Positions 41,221 to 56,362 are shown, numbered from the stretch's first letter. The stretch: DNA of 64,000 nt from Octopus vulgaris (GCA_951406725.2 OX597815.1:97526001-97590000), one strand, 5' to 3'. Translations and numbers: made by a program. The notes: a model not told the origin generated them from the letters alone.

Positions 41221-43499
41221 TTATTAAGATATATGTATATATGTATGTGCCTGTGTGCGCATATATATATATACATATATAGGTATGTATATGTATGTTT
41301 TCCCAATTCTCTTAACATGAAACCAATGGTAGCCTTAATTTACAAATAAGGAAACTATATTCACTAATGCGGTGTTGAGCACTCATTTTTATTGTTTGAC
41401 ATTTACGTATATATATATATATATTATAATCGGAAGATGGAGAAAATCTCTGATCAACAAACAAATCAATATATCGATGTTGTCTATCGGACAAAGCCAT
41501 AAACTGGAGATCGCTTACACTATCAAATGAATGTCTGGAAATTCAGAGGTATGTTTAGAGTTCCTATAATGAAAATTAAGAAAGGAGTGAGCATTTAGCT
41601 ACGTCAGTTTACAAGCACTTCACCTCAGTTTTGCATGTATAAATAATATATATAAATATATCCGTGCAGATATATACATCCACCTATGTGTGTGTGTATA
41701 AACTTGCGGTAATTCATGTAGATATGTTTCTTTGACTGTCTTTATATATATATATATATATGTGTGTGTACAGGTATATATCTGATTATTCATACAAAGA
41801 TATCTGACAACATATCAGCGCATATTTATGCATATTTCTACACATAGATTTATCATTATATGTATATTCCTTGACGCTCATGGCTGTGCGTGTTTATGCA
41901 TGTATGTTTATGTGTAAGTGTATAGACTGAAAATTATAAGTACGTATATAAAACATTGTTTTGTGGACAAATAAACTGGGAAAGCGTTGTACGATTTGAA
42001 CTATATCAAGGATCCTGTATCAAAATGGATCTTAGGAGTTTAGAGGTTGTAGTCCAGATTAACTTACTATTGAGAAACTTTGCTAATGTACTTGCATATA
42101 ATTGTGCAATGCAAATTCAATATGATACATTTTACTAAAGAAACGTGTACTACACACTCAGGAGCAGGTAAATGGAGAAGGTGACTACGAGTAGTCCTTT
42201 TCTTTCTTTGTAAGCCGTTTTTAAAGAGATGGTTGTGCGAGCGTAGCCAAGAAGCGTTTAAATACTCGTACGCAAGCCTGTAGCCTTATTCTCTAAAGTA
42301 ATCTATTATTCCGTGCTTTAGAAAGAATCATGACAACATGGAAGCTAAGCGATACCGTGATTATGAAATCTTAGCAATAAGATGAATGAACGGGCAAAAT
42401 GCCACATTGCCTAGCGCTTACACGTAGCTAGGATATTAAAAAATGAGACTGACAGGAGCACTGACACTAACGAGGCGGTCATCGTCACTAACAATACACA
42501 GCTAAGAAGACCACACATATATAATCACACACGCGTATATGTGTGGTAGTGTGAGTGGGTGTGTGTTTGTTTATATGTGTTTGTATGTCTATTAAACAAG
42601 GCGGGAAACGTCATTTTCTCGAACGCAATGTAAACAGACATTTATTTCCAAATAAGATTTGAGTGTAAAAGTTCATGTGTTCTGACAGCTAGCTTCTCCT
42701 CTAATGAATATCCTTCCAACATAAAATACAAGTAATGGAACGCTGAACTGTAACCAATACATCGATATTATATGTATTATTTATGTAATCATGTGTGCGC
42801 GATTTGTGTATGTATGTGTGCATAAATATATATGTATGTATATTATTTTGATATGTATGTATGTATTTCTGTGTGCGTGTGTGCGTGCGTATGAAAAAGA
42901 TAACGAGTATGAAAGAATGGTTTCAATGGTTTCAATGAGGAAAACTTTATTAATAAGAGAGAGCCAGAGAAAGATGAAAGGAACGAAGAAAGAAGGGAAG
43001 AATTTGAAGCGTATATTATCAGGACAAGGGAGCAGCAATAAGTAAAATATGTTAGTATTCGGATTTTAATTGAAAGCTAAAGAAATGAAACAGACAGATT
43101 GTCAGAAAAGGAGATAAGCTATAAACCATTTTCCAAAGTGCAAAGTGCCTACCGTCTTAATGGTATTATATTTCAAGCGTATGTTGACATACCACTTAAG
43201 TGTTCAGTTATTTCAAAGGGACAGCACTATGCCATTTCCTCCTGATAATTAATCACGAAAACATAGCATTTTTATAATGAATTACTAACACTTTCGCAGA
43301 TCGTGCAAATAATAAGAGGCGGGTTTTGGATACAATTATTATTTTAGAAACCGTTAGGAAATGTTACATAAGAAAATTTCAATTAGATCTTTAAAATACG
43401 AGTGTAAATTTGTGTGGCAAGCAAATACACAGGAAAATTATTTGCAGGTGGGTGGCAATATTTAATTTATCATTCTGTTAATACATATGTATGCGTGTG

Positions 43500-43904
<405 letters not shown>

Positions 43905-44100
43905 AGTGAGAATTTACGAAAAAACAAAAGACAAAGAAGGCTGTATAAGCAACAAACAGGTATTAGTTTAACGCTCGGGAAGTGAGAAAGACTTTTATGT
44001 TTCGAGCCTACGCTCTTCAACAGAAAGGGATACATAAAGAAAATGAAAAACAGGTTTAGTGGCTAGCGATTTATCATGACGACTGCTGGACAGAATGGTC
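43905..44100 (-). mobile_element. Family H element, copy 2 (hammerhead-like motif at 43992-44027)
   Basis: CTTT-CTGTTGA-A-GAGC-GTAG-GCTC-GAAAC-ATA-AAAG on the minus strand. Homologous to 12397-12593. Confidence 0.7.
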
Positions 44101-44552
44101 AGACAAGAGAGTTGGGAAGAAGGGGAGATAATAAAGTAATGGCTATCCCAAAACGAAGGTGCGCGTGCGTATGTATGTGGGAGCGTGTATGAGCGTGTGA
44201 AGGGGGGGTTGGCCGTGACGTGTGCGTTTGTGCATGTGTTGGCGTCTTGATGATGGTATGGGTGCTGGGAATTGGTCACTGCTAATGAGTGCGGGGTGGT
44301 ATGATGCGGTGTGGTGTGATATGGTGGTGTATGGTGTGGTAACAGTTACAATTCTTAGGTGTTAGCCTAATACAGTCACCAGTAATTGTGTCATATTTTC
44401 AATTTCAACCCACTAACCTGAAATATATTAGCATTTAATAATATTGCATCGCCTTTTGATTAATCTACTTTACTTGCTATATCATAAGCATGATATTGAT
44501 ATTTGTGAGAAACTAAATAACCTTTTCTATAGAACCTGGAAGTGTAAATCAA

Positions 44553-44601
<49 letters not shown>

Positions 44602-45385
44602 TTAAGAGGCTAAAAAATAAGAAACGGGCTTGGTGTGCACTCCATTGAATCTTGCAAGGTAGTACCCAGTATCGGCGAAGACCAATGAGTGAAACATTAA
44701 AGATAAAATTTAAATTATAAGATAATCACAAGATTATTTTGTATTATGTTGATGTGCGGTATGATGTCGATACTCAGCCTGGCACGTAATCTCTGAATAA
44801 ATAGTTAATCCCATAATGTAAGCAGGAGTTCATACGTTCGTATATGAAGTCTACCTCCATATACGCCAACTAAAGTCTCATTACTCTTAATATATTTTCC
44901 CTCTAATCAGGAATGTAGACAGAGATTTATTGCTTTTAAAAATTTTCATGCACACGCATTCATATCCACATACCAGTATTTGTTCATATATCACAAGTAC
45001 GCACAACGCATCTTTGTTTACATTATTGATACACTGTGGAAGATTCACCACCAATAACCGTAATTAACGAATGACAAATAGCAGGTGCTCTCAAAAATTG
45101 TAAAATCTAAATAGCGATCGCTAGATTGGTGATCGTGATGATGTTCATTACTGAAAATAGATAAAGTAAAGATTGATAATGCTTGATGATATAAAACATG
45201 ATAAGGATTTAGACACCATGCCAGTAGATTTTCAGGTTAGGAAGTGGTCGATGATTTCAAACCCTATACTTTATATAATAAGCCCCGAAAGATGAACATG
45301 AAAGTGAGTATCAAGGGGATGCTACGATGTGGAACACATAACACAAAGCATTTATCCGACACACTAACGTTTGTTATTTTTCCTA

Positions 45386-45455
<70 letters not shown>

Positions 45456-45526
45456 GTAGTACTACTACTACTACTAATAATAATAATAATAATAATAAAA
45501 ATAATAATAATAATCATAATAATAAT
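45386..45526. repeat. (TAC)n(TAA)n microsatellite
   Basis: Direct reading. Confidence 0.95.
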
Positions 45527-46008
45527 ACGCCCCGATGCAATACCAGGCAGTAGTTCTCATGCCTTCTGAACTTAATGGATTGGAAGTGTTATGCGCATGT
45601 TTTGTCTTGACATAAAATATGTGCTATAGCATATGTGCGTCTCTGATCACGGGCATAAGTAGTGGGGGAGCGTCATAGCCATATTTTAAGTAGAATCCTC
45701 TGTAGAATCCTCTGGAGATTGAATAATTCACCTCTGGAAACATGGGAGTTTCGTTCAATATCCTTAAACAAGTCTTATTCAAGGACCATTTGAACGGGAT
45801 GGGGTACGCGGAATGACGAAAATTCTAACTGGGCGCCACTTGTAAGATCATTCGCTGTTTTTCCTGATATGAGAGCGTCATACGCGCATATATGTTTGTG
45901 ATGCATGTGCTTGGTATACTAGTATCAGCCGAGTAATCATAATGGGTATACTGGGCTTCAAATATTTTAGCCCGGTGACTTTGATGACATGTACTGCTCT
46001 TTCATTCA
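45527..46008. mobile_element. Non-coding (TAA)n-embedded element, copy 1 (internal ~80-bp deletion)
   Basis: Collinear with 46094-46650 and flanked by (TAA)n on both sides. Confidence 0.75.
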
Positions 46009-46034
46009 ATAATAACAACAACAACAACAACAAC

Positions 46035-46093
<59 letters not shown>

Positions 46094-46095
<2 letters not shown>

Positions 46096-46650
46096 GCCAT
46101 GATGTAGTACCAGGCCGTAGCTCTCATGCCTTCTGATGTTAAGTGATTGGTAGTGTTATCATGTACATTTTTTGTCTGAGTATAAAAGATGATCTACAGC
46201 AAATATTCTGCTCAATTCCACAGATTTGCTTGTTAGTTACTTGACCTTAACCAGTTGAGCACGTCCCTTAGTGTCTGACGATATGTTCATCTCTCATCAC
46301 GAGAAATAATAGTGGGGGAGCATCATAGCAATGTGTTGAGAGGAATTCTTTGGGTTTAGATAATTCATGTTTGGAAACATGAGTGTTTAGTTCAGCATCT
46401 AAATAACCTCAATTCAGGGTCTTTTTGAACGGGATGGGCTACTCCACCTGAAGAAAATCCTAACTGGGCGCCACCTGCAAGGTCATTCGCAGTGTTTCGT
46501 GATATGAGATCACTATGTCGCGCACATATACTGTTATGATGCATGTGCCTGGTGTACCCTTATCAGACAGGGATTCATGATGGATATACTGGACTTCAAA
46601 TATTTGTAACTTGGTGTCACTTTGATGGTATGCACTGATCTCCCACTCAA
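46094..46650. mobile_element. Non-coding (TAA)n-embedded element, copy 2
   Basis: Shares blocks such as CTCATGCCTTCTGA, AGTGGGGGAGC and CTAACTGGGCGCCAC with copy 1. Confidence 0.75.
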
Positions 46651-46667
46651 TAATAATAATTATTTCT

Positions 46668-46805
46668 AATATAGGCACAAGGTTTGAAGATTTGGGAGAA
46701 GGGAATAGTCGATTACATCGACCCCGTTCTTAAACTGCTTCTTATTTTAGCAATCTTGAAAGAAGGAAGTGCAAAGTCAACCTTGCCGTAATTTGAACTC
46801 AGAAA
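46668..46805 (-). mobile_element. Degenerate SINE family B fragment
   Basis: AGTCGATTACATCGACCCC...GCAAAGTCAACCTTG...ATTTGAACTCAGAA. Confidence 0.7.
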
Positions 46806-46847
46806 TTGAAGTGCATATACATATAATATAGACAGACAGACAAGCAT

Positions 46848-46991
<144 letters not shown>

Positions 46992-48036
46992 ACTTAAAGT
47001 GCACCGTCACGTAGTACTGCAGTTTAACAGCTCGATGCATGAGAATATCAGAGCAACATATCACTTAGGAAAAAAGTATAAAGCAAATACTATTTAGACA
47101 TGATTCTACCGCGTGACGTAAGCATTTGGGGGAAACTTCTAAGCGTTAATTCGACTACTAGCCTCTTAACAGTGCATCTATTTTACCTTGCTTAGCTGTT
47201 CGTATGGTTTTCAACAACTATTTAGCCTTCTGGCAGTCCTGATAGCCTAATCTCCTTTCTTCCATTTGCGCTGTGTTCATTTTGTTCTCCTTTAGATTAT
47301 CAATATTTACTGTATACTACGGTTGTTCTTATGTATTATCATATCAATTGAAGTAATCCTACAGAGTGGGTGCTACTTCATAGGGAATTCCATCATTTTA
47401 TACGTTTACTTTGATTTTCACGCATTTTCTCATTATCTAGACTGATGTAGGCAACAGCTACACAGAAACTCAGGACAGTTCTTTGCTTTTTCTTAAACAC
47501 TTGACACACCATATACTTTTTCAGTTGACGAAGCACATATCCTGTAAAGCATTGGCTCCCTCAAAATTCTTCACAAAGCAGCAATGCTGAATCAGTAGAG
47601 GAGTACGTACAGAATGGTTTCTTCTCTCATCCTTCACCTCGGACTGGCCCAGCTGTTTTTATCATGTAGAGTGTATTTCCAGATGTCAATTTTACACGAT
47701 AGCACTGACATCCCAGGGATTTCCAAAACTTATTCATATTCTTTGTGCCTGAAACTTTTACACAAGATACCACCCAGTTGTTTCTTGTCGTCTCCATGTG
47801 ATTTGATATCATTCAAATGAATCGATAGCAGAGAATAAGCTTGGATGGAAATTTGACAATCAAATCAGAGAAAAGTAAACATGGTTGTATCATAGAATGT
47901 TTCTAATTACTGACCCATTAAACAAAAACTCTAATTACTGATATATAACTTGTAATATATCAGTAATAATGTAACTGCGTATGTATTTTGTCTTATTGTA
48001 TTTTATCTTTTGTATTTGTTTTCTCTATCATTTCAG

Positions 48037-48150
48037 ATAGGCATATGGAATTCTCTTTCTGGCATTAATATAACCAAAAATTACGTTTTGAGCCAGAGGA
48101 AAATTGCAGAGTCTCTTGCAAATCATACCCTCACAGTGGTAACACTTTTG
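48037..48150 (+). CDS. Internal coding exon of an ionotropic glutamate receptor, kainate (GRIK)-like; end of ATD, linker and start of S1
   Basis: Polypyrimidine tract plus TTTCAG acceptor and TTG/GTAAGT donor. 114 nt, phase 0/0, encoding IGIWNSLSGINITKNYVLSQRKIAESLANHTLTVVTLL. This matches the 38-aa GluK2 segment IGTW...GLNMT...ITDSLSNRSLIVTTIL as recalled from memory. Confidence 0.85.
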
Positions 48151-50004
48151 GTAAGTACTATATATTCATATATATTTTGTTTTTATTATCAGCTACTGGA
48201 AGGCCAAATGACAAAGGATGTAGTTATTCTCAGACTGGGGAACTGTTTCAAATGTTTGCTAAAAATGAAGTTCATTCCACGGGGTAATTAGGAATGATAA
48301 TAAAGACAATGGATTATTTTTTCTAGCCAATTCGTTATAAAGAAATTGCATATATATTGATATTATAATATATGTATGTGCGGGTTTCTGCCTAGAAAAG
48401 AAAATAATATATGTATGTATGTGTATCCTGCCCATATCTATATTTTGGGTTAATTTAATCGAAAGTCCTTTTGTGGTTATTCATGTCTATTTGTACACAA
48501 GTCTCTTAGTAGTGAGATTTGTGATAAAGAGAGTAATGGCAATAACTATTGCACGCTTTTCTCTGATTTCTTTCATACAAAATATATCAAGATATTCATA
48601 ATAATCCTCTTCGCTTAAGTTAGTATGACTTAAGTTCCAGATTTAGCAGCAGCTTCTTTCTGGCATTTGACGAACTCTGTAAGAGAAATCCTCGAGTATT
48701 CGTATCGAATAATTTTGAATGACACTCAATCAAAATAGCTGTGATCAGTCCCTCTTACCCATATCCTTATATATTTACTTATATAGACGCACACACACAC
48801 ACACGCCCCCATACATATGTATGCATGGTGTGTGTGTGTGTATGTGTGTGTGTGTGTGTGCGCGCGCGTGTATATGTGTGTGTGTATGTGTGTGTTCGTG
48901 TGTTTGTGGCTTTTAGCAATACCAATTTCGCTATCTACTCATTTGTTTATCAATATGTATAACATGTTTCTTTTCCCAAATTTAACATAAACTATAATAG
49001 TTGTACTTAAGATTTATACACAAACTTCAGATGAGTGGCCGAGACCATAGTTTACTCCTATGGGCATCACGGAATTTATGTTTATGTCATTGAAATGTAT
49101 AATCATACTATCACGTTGCTCATTCTGATGTCATTTTTATTCAAAACCAGTTCAAATTTGACCAACTAAACCTATGAATACATTGACTTTTGTCTTTGAC
49201 CATCAGTTCTTGTCAGGTTTAGAGTATCCAATACTACATTACCCAATGCATCCCTCATCTTTTGAAGTAGTACTATGCAAATTTAGTTAAAATTGTTAGC
49301 TATTTCTAGCTTGTCGAGCGATTTCTAACCAAGAAATTTCATCGATGGCTCATTTAACACACATTTAGAAGAAATAGAAGATCAAAAGGAATATATAGAA
49401 AGTTATTCGTATTTAGAAAGTAAATCAATACATCAGAAATATTGTACCTAGGGTATGCAGATCAGCGAGAAAAGAGGTGATGCCTTGTTCATACAGAATT
49501 ACAATAAGAATCTATAGATTTCGGGCTAGTGGACATCAGAAATGTTTCAAAAGGCTTCAGTTAATATCAGTACTAAGTTAATAACAAAAAAAAATCATAC
49601 GATTCTCTCTTTTGATGTGTAACTTATATAAAGACATTACATGATTATGAAAGATATTACATGATTATGAAAATGATAAACTGATTAATCAAAGATTAGT
49701 GATTAAACAGTGATTATGAAGTAATTAGTGCGGGGTTCGTTCAATGGAAACACTATTAATAGAGACACGGAGGAATGAATATCAAACGTTGTAGAGCTGA
49801 AATTATTGTGCAATTAGCGAATGATTCTAAATTTTCTTTTCAAAATGCGATATCACTTATTAAAAAATGCTTCCTGATAAACACATTATATATAATTACA
49901 TACGCACATACATACATACCTACATATGCACATAGATACGCACATACATATATGCATACATACGCACATACATACGTACATACATACAAACATACATGAA
50001 AATA

Positions 50005-51361
50005 TAATTTACAATGGCTCCTTTAACAAAACACGTATCACTAAAGACTATTACAGCCTAATAAAGAAAATTTGGACCTCAGACCTCTCTACATTCAAGG
50101 CCCACAATGTGTTTGCAGTACCAGTACTCATACCAACATTTGAATGTCGCATCATATCCCTTCGGCAACATCTCTTAACCACCAAGCGTCGACGTGCATC
50201 CCTTGCCCAAGTTTGCTTGGATGAGGCTGATAACATTATAAGACTTGGAAAGCAGCTCCTTCAGCAACACACTTTGTCTGATAACCTAGAATGCATACCC
50301 AAAGATGTTGCTCGACTCTACTGCAACGTATAAATCAGATGAAAGGATGAGGCTATATGAGCAGAAGACTATGCATGGATATTTTACTAGAAAGCTCCAT
50401 GATGATAGTAACATCGATCATCAAAGCTTATCATGGATGACTAGCCGAATAGCTACCTCCCATTTGGAAGGGCATGTGTTTGCAATCCAGGAACATAAAA
50501 TATCAACCAAGTACCTGATGCACAAAAAGGATAGGGAAGCGAGAGAAGCAGTAAAATGTGATAACCCATCAGACTTTGTGGAGTTCACACTGAAGATATC
50601 ACCCACATCATAAGCAGTTGTCCAAAAATGTCATCACGGTATTATCTACCGATGGGACATGACGGTGTAGCTAGGACACTCTATAATGAAACCCGTCAGA
50701 AAGATAATGCCAGAGATAAAGAAATAAAAACCCATAATGTCGTAGAAGCCATAGCCACTGATAATGAAAACTAATACTGGTGGAATGTACCAGCGAAGAC
50801 CTCAATAAAATGTACGCACAACGGACCTGATATAATGAGTTGGGATAGAAAAGAGAAAATGTGTACAGTTTTGGAAATTAGCGGCCCAGCGGATGTTAAT
50901 ATAAAGCTGAAGAGCAGTGAAAAAGAGAATACCTACGCTGAACTATCGAGAAGTCTTAAATTACTCTATCCAGATTACAAGATCTGGTTTATGCCTGTAA
51001 TTATTAGGGTCCTAGAATATGTAACACAATGTCTAAATACCAATTTTGAGAAATTAGGCTTCTCAAAACCAGAAAGAAGAAAGCTAATTCGAAGACTGCA
51101 TTTCCAATCCATCACTGGAACTGTAAAAATCTGTAAAACTTGCCAGAAGTTTATCATTGGAATATATATGTGCATGTCTAGATAGGCAGCAATATCTGTG
51201 AGAATACATACATAAAAGAAAACATACAAATCTGCACATAAACATACAAGCAAAAATACCCTGTTGTTGATGTTGAAATTCTAATGAAGGAGCCTGGAAT
51301 CTACGTTAGAAATGGCTCTTTCTATATCGGCGAGAAATCTTAAAATAAAACTAAACAATGA
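50005..51361 (+). mobile_element. Dong/R4-clade non-LTR retrotransposon 3' fragment, internally deleted
   Basis: AHNVFAVPVLIPTF, MHGYF, SHLEGHVFAIQE, EDITHIISSCP, HDGVAR and NGPDIMSWDRKEKMCTVLEISGP...EKENTY (REL endonuclease). (ATAC)n tail. Confidence 0.85.
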
Positions 51362-53167
51362 TATACATACATACATACATACATACATACATACATACAT
51401 ACATAGACACAAACATTGTTCATAAAGTATCAATTATTAAGGCTTTGATATTCACTCGAGCGCTGAAAATGTTACTCCACTATATTCTTTGTTGAACGTA
51501 GAGGGGAAACCTTCAGGTATCGCCCTATGAATATCCTTAATTAATATACCACGCAGAATTATTGTATAACCAATTGGTGAAATTTGGATTGCAATTTTCA
51601 AACTCCAACGACTATATTCACTAGTTTTGATGTACGCGAAGAAGAATATTTGTGTTTTTCACAAATTGAGGTTGGTACGTGAACGAACAACGCCAAAATC
51701 AAAATGCAAAACAAAGGAAAGAAAAATGAACATAAATTGCCGATTTACATAAAGTTATTCGCTAAGATCCCGGTGCTTGAATGAAAATCCATCAGGATAC
51801 GAAAAAAAAAAACAATCTATAGAACCTCGATACACAAGTAAAGAATCCAATCGTAGAAAGCTGATTTTCCGGACTCTGGACGAAAGATACAGGTAGCAAA
51901 GCAATATTCAAATCGTCTTCTATGTCATGTTTCCATGTTTTCTGTGACATGATTCCATGTTTTCCACAGTGTAGCCCTTGTTGATGTGAAATGAGTAATG
52001 AGAAGACAAAAGTCTGTGAAATTGGAGGGTTTGCAAAGAAAAGATTTGCAGAGTGTTTAAAATGATTGTAATTGTTTTATTTTTGTCTTTTCATTTGCAT
52101 GAATTTGAAGAAATGCATAGCTCATCAAGTAAAATATGTATTTGGACACAAATTGCTACAAATAATCTTTGATAACATTTAGTCAATGAATCTACTGCTA
52201 GCTTCAATGACTGTTTCAAATGGGGGTCGGAATGGTTGACATACCGAAATAGATAATCTTTATCAATTTCGGGCATAGAACCGGTTATCGTACACTTGAG
52301 AGATTGTATTATATTATTGGAGTAATGAGCGGTCTCTATCTCTCTCTTCACTACGACCCATACGTAATATTCCAATATTTTATATTTACTTTTCACTATT
52401 TCGCTTCGCCTTTTTATACCCACCAAAATTTTTATTCCTTTAAGGATAGTCAATATACATACATGTGTGCGTGTGTGTGAAGTTTTTGAAAGTAGAGTAT
52501 CAAAAGTTACCGATCACTGGCCCTGTTTTAGTTCAGAGTATTGTCAGATGCACATAAAGATACACAAGCAACCACACACATTGTCTGTGCCGAGTGACTC
52601 TAAAGCGATGAGATCTCACGAAAACCGATGTTATCTATGCATTCCGACAATAAATAGCTGCCGTTATATACAACTGAGGGAATAATAATAGCTTATCCTT
52701 TAAGCTGTACCCAGAATGACAAAGTAATTCAGACCTCTAAAAGCAATTTTCATCTGGCCACGATTATTTCGGCAGATATATAGTCCTCGAAATATATTTA
52801 CTTTGACATAACACCAAGAGCTAAACGACTAGACATTGAATGCATTTATTTTGAGAGACGCAACATTAAGTGTAATGAAAGTGAAAATTTTGAATAAGAT
52901 CGTGTGTGTGGGTTTAAATATAGGAAATTTTTCAAGACTTGTTAGTTTTGAGGTGGTGTACTATGTAGCCTACAAACAATGTTTAATGTATGGCTTCCAA
53001 AACTTTCATCTTGATCATTTTCACTCATATTCATGGCTTGCAAAATTTAAGCAAGCCAATTTTATGCTGACCTAAGTCTAATTTAACTCTAATTGTACAA
53101 CGGAAGGATATTAAAGCAAGTACTACTTTTAGTATAGAGAATATACAATTATCTTTTTTTTTTTTTA

Positions 53168-53207
53168 AGTTTCAGCTCAGAGCTGCGGCCATGCTGATGC
53201 ACCGCCG
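53168..53207 (-). mobile_element. Isolated SINE/LINE 3' tail
   Basis: GGCGGTGCATCAGCATGGCCGCAG...CTGAAAC plus A-run on the minus strand. Same tail as at 60400-60435. Confidence 0.6.
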
Positions 53208-53249
53208 TTAAAAAAATTTTGTCTCATATGTATTTATATATGATGTTTG

Positions 53250-53539
53250 TTCCTTCTCGAGCCACGCCTGGCTCATAAGGGCCGGTTTCCCGGTTTCCTT
53301 TGCGTATAGTTTCCCCACTTGGATGGGACGCCGGTCCGTCGCAGGTGAGCTGCAGGAGGAATGGGTGAGAGAAAGTTGTGGCGAAAGGGTCAGCAGAAGT
53401 TCGCCATTTCCTTCTGCCGGACCCGCGTGGAGCTCAGGCGTTTCGCTCATAAATACACAGATCACCCGGTCTGAGATACGAACCCGCGATCCCGCGACCG
53501 CGATTCCGCTGCTCTAACCACTAGGCCATGTGTCTCCAC
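53250..53539 (-). mobile_element. tRNA-derived SINE, family D-like head with a different tail
   Basis: Head GTGGAGACACATGGCCTAGTGGTTAGAGC...GGGTTCGTATCTC. Confidence 0.85.
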
Positions 53540-55453
53540 AGAAATTAAGTACATATCTATAATAATTTGCATTATACGAAATACTTGAACACTATGTCCA
53601 TTGTACAAGACATCGAAAAAAAAGCATCTTAGTATATCACATTGTGGTAGACATTAAATACTGGCTGCAAATTTTGGAAGTGTAGTATTGATAACTTCAA
53701 AAGCAATTTCATAAAATATGGCCTCCATTGTTGCCCAAAATTTCAACACCCCACTACAGGGCACGTAAATATTCATATACCAACCTAGTGAAAATAATTT
53801 GTAAGGAAACTCAAATTAGATTTTAAACCTTTGTATTTGCGTCACACATCTTAAATTTATTCCCACTGTTTTTCCTTCTCTCTTTCTGTATTTCATTTTT
53901 TGATTATTTCTTGCTCAGTATCTCCTTTCGATTTATCGATATTTAATCAGTTGGTTTATTTATTTTATTTCTAAGTTAAACACTTATAAATATCAAGTAG
54001 AAGAAGGATAATTCCTCTGAGATATTCTGGAGATTTTTCTGAATAAATGTAATTCGTACAATGTCTGTCTATCGACCAAACTGTCTATTATATATATGTA
54101 TATATATTCATACACATACGCACACATATATGTGTACGTGTGTATATGCATATATAGAGAGATAGCTAGAGAGGGGAGGAAGAGAGAAAAGCGATAGAGT
54201 TATACATGAATAACTGCCAATGGTATTATCAACTTATGCACGGTTGTGATTTGTTTATCTTCGCCATAGCAGAAACACTAAATTTCATGACTAAAGAATT
54301 TTATTGTTATCCCTTTTAAATGTCTCAAGATTTGTCACTGATCTTTCTGTTTTCAAATAAAACCAGCGTCGAATTTGCCTTTCATCTCATGTTATTTATA
54401 ACATAAATACCATATACTAGAGTAAAATTAATCGCTTTTACCCAAGTCTAGTTAATATTTGTGGTACTGTGGTAACGTCATGTATTTCATTGCAAATTAA
54501 TATTCGTTTACGCATTCATCCTCACCAGCTTTCGTGTAGAGTATAATTTTCACAAATGCATATGTGATATTTGTGTTATAAAATGTCCGTAATATTTCGT
54601 ATATATACAAATCAGATGTGCTTTGATTGGGTTTAGATACTTGTTCATCTGTACAGTACTTCACTGTTTTTATTGAAAGCTGAATTCAGTAGGACGCATT
54701 TAAAATCAAGCAAAGTAATATCCAATAGCTGCAGAAACGCGTTAACTTTGCAGACATTAAAAGGATACATTTGCTTTGATGAAACACCTCTACGTATTGG
54801 TAGGTTTCTGCAGAATAATCGATGAACTATCAAAATTCAACTAGAAAAGGAACACTTAGAAAATATTAACTAGTAATATTTGTGTTTAATATTCAAAGAA
54901 TATACAGTTTCTAAACGAAACTCAAGCATCGTTTCTTTCATTCTTTGAAAGGAATACATTAGATCATTCAATAACGTTCTCTATTTTTCTTATTCGTCCA
55001 TTTCTTGTTTCAATTTATTTGCAAACTTGCTGAGGTTCACATTTTGTATACCTAAAATAGCTTAAATAAATTTTCACTGAATTCTTGAAATAAAGATGTG
55101 TCGCATCTCAAATTTTATTTCGTATTTCATAACAATTGAACACATTTGAAGGAGATTCTTTGGTAATATTGCCTGCAAAAATCATCACCTCGAAAATAAT
55201 TGTAAATTATTACTTGTCACGATGAACAACTAAAAAGAACTGGATGTGCTTTCATCTTTTTCCCTATTATATACATATTCTTTTAGTGTTGCAGTTAGAA
55301 AACGATTCAAATATATAAATGCGTATGCAAGTATTACAGAAAGAAATTGAGATTTACATGCATTAACTGTGTGAACAGATGCATTGCTAGCAAAGTAATA
55401 TTAAAAATGCAAACGTCAAAGCAAAGATATATAAGGAGACATAAACACGAAAT

Positions 55454-55499
<46 letters not shown>

Positions 55500-55894
55500 T
55501 ACATACATATATATATATGGATAAATACATACATATATATATATATATATATACATATATACATACATATATATTTATACATACATATATATATATATAT
55601 AACTACATACATATATATATATAAATACATACATATGTACATACATACATACATGCATACATACATACATACATACATACATACATACATACATACATAC
55701 ATACATACATACATACATGCAAGTGTACGAGTTAACAACATGACGAAATCGAAATTATTTTCGTTAATATTGAAATGCAGAAATAATAATTTGGTATCCA
55801 GTAGCAACTGCTAAACGTAGATATTAAGTATTTATATAAGACTGTTTGTTGCCAGCAAGCATTCTGGCTTTTTGTAGCATTTAAATTACGATGA

Positions 55895-56095
55895 CTGATA
55901 TATATATATATATATATATATAGATATATATATATATATGTATCCATATACACACATATATATATATATATATCCATATATATATATATCCATATACGTA
56001 TATATATATATATATATCCATATACATATATATATATATATATATCCATATACGTATATATATATATATCCATATACGTATATATATATATATCC

Positions 56096-56159
<64 letters not shown>

Positions 56160-56362
56160 ATATACATATATATATCCATATACATAGCCGAAATTACTAA
56201 GATGATCCGGTTCCCGACTGAAGATTAGAGGCTTCGAGTGACCCGTCGGTTTTTTGTGACGTCTCCTTGTGTGTTTTTGCGTTCTTGTCCCACTTTGTAA
56301 ATTATATTTTATATTAAATTCTATACATATATATATATATCCATATATATATATTTATATCC

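Noticed and set aside
47170-47830. Possible decayed L1/Tx1 3' remnant (EETILYVLL) on the minus strand
   Set aside because: Too degenerate to call by eye
52091-52453. 120-aa minus-strand ORF in non-repetitive DNA
   Set aside because: No recognisable motif or convincing splice sites. A BLASTX search would settle it.
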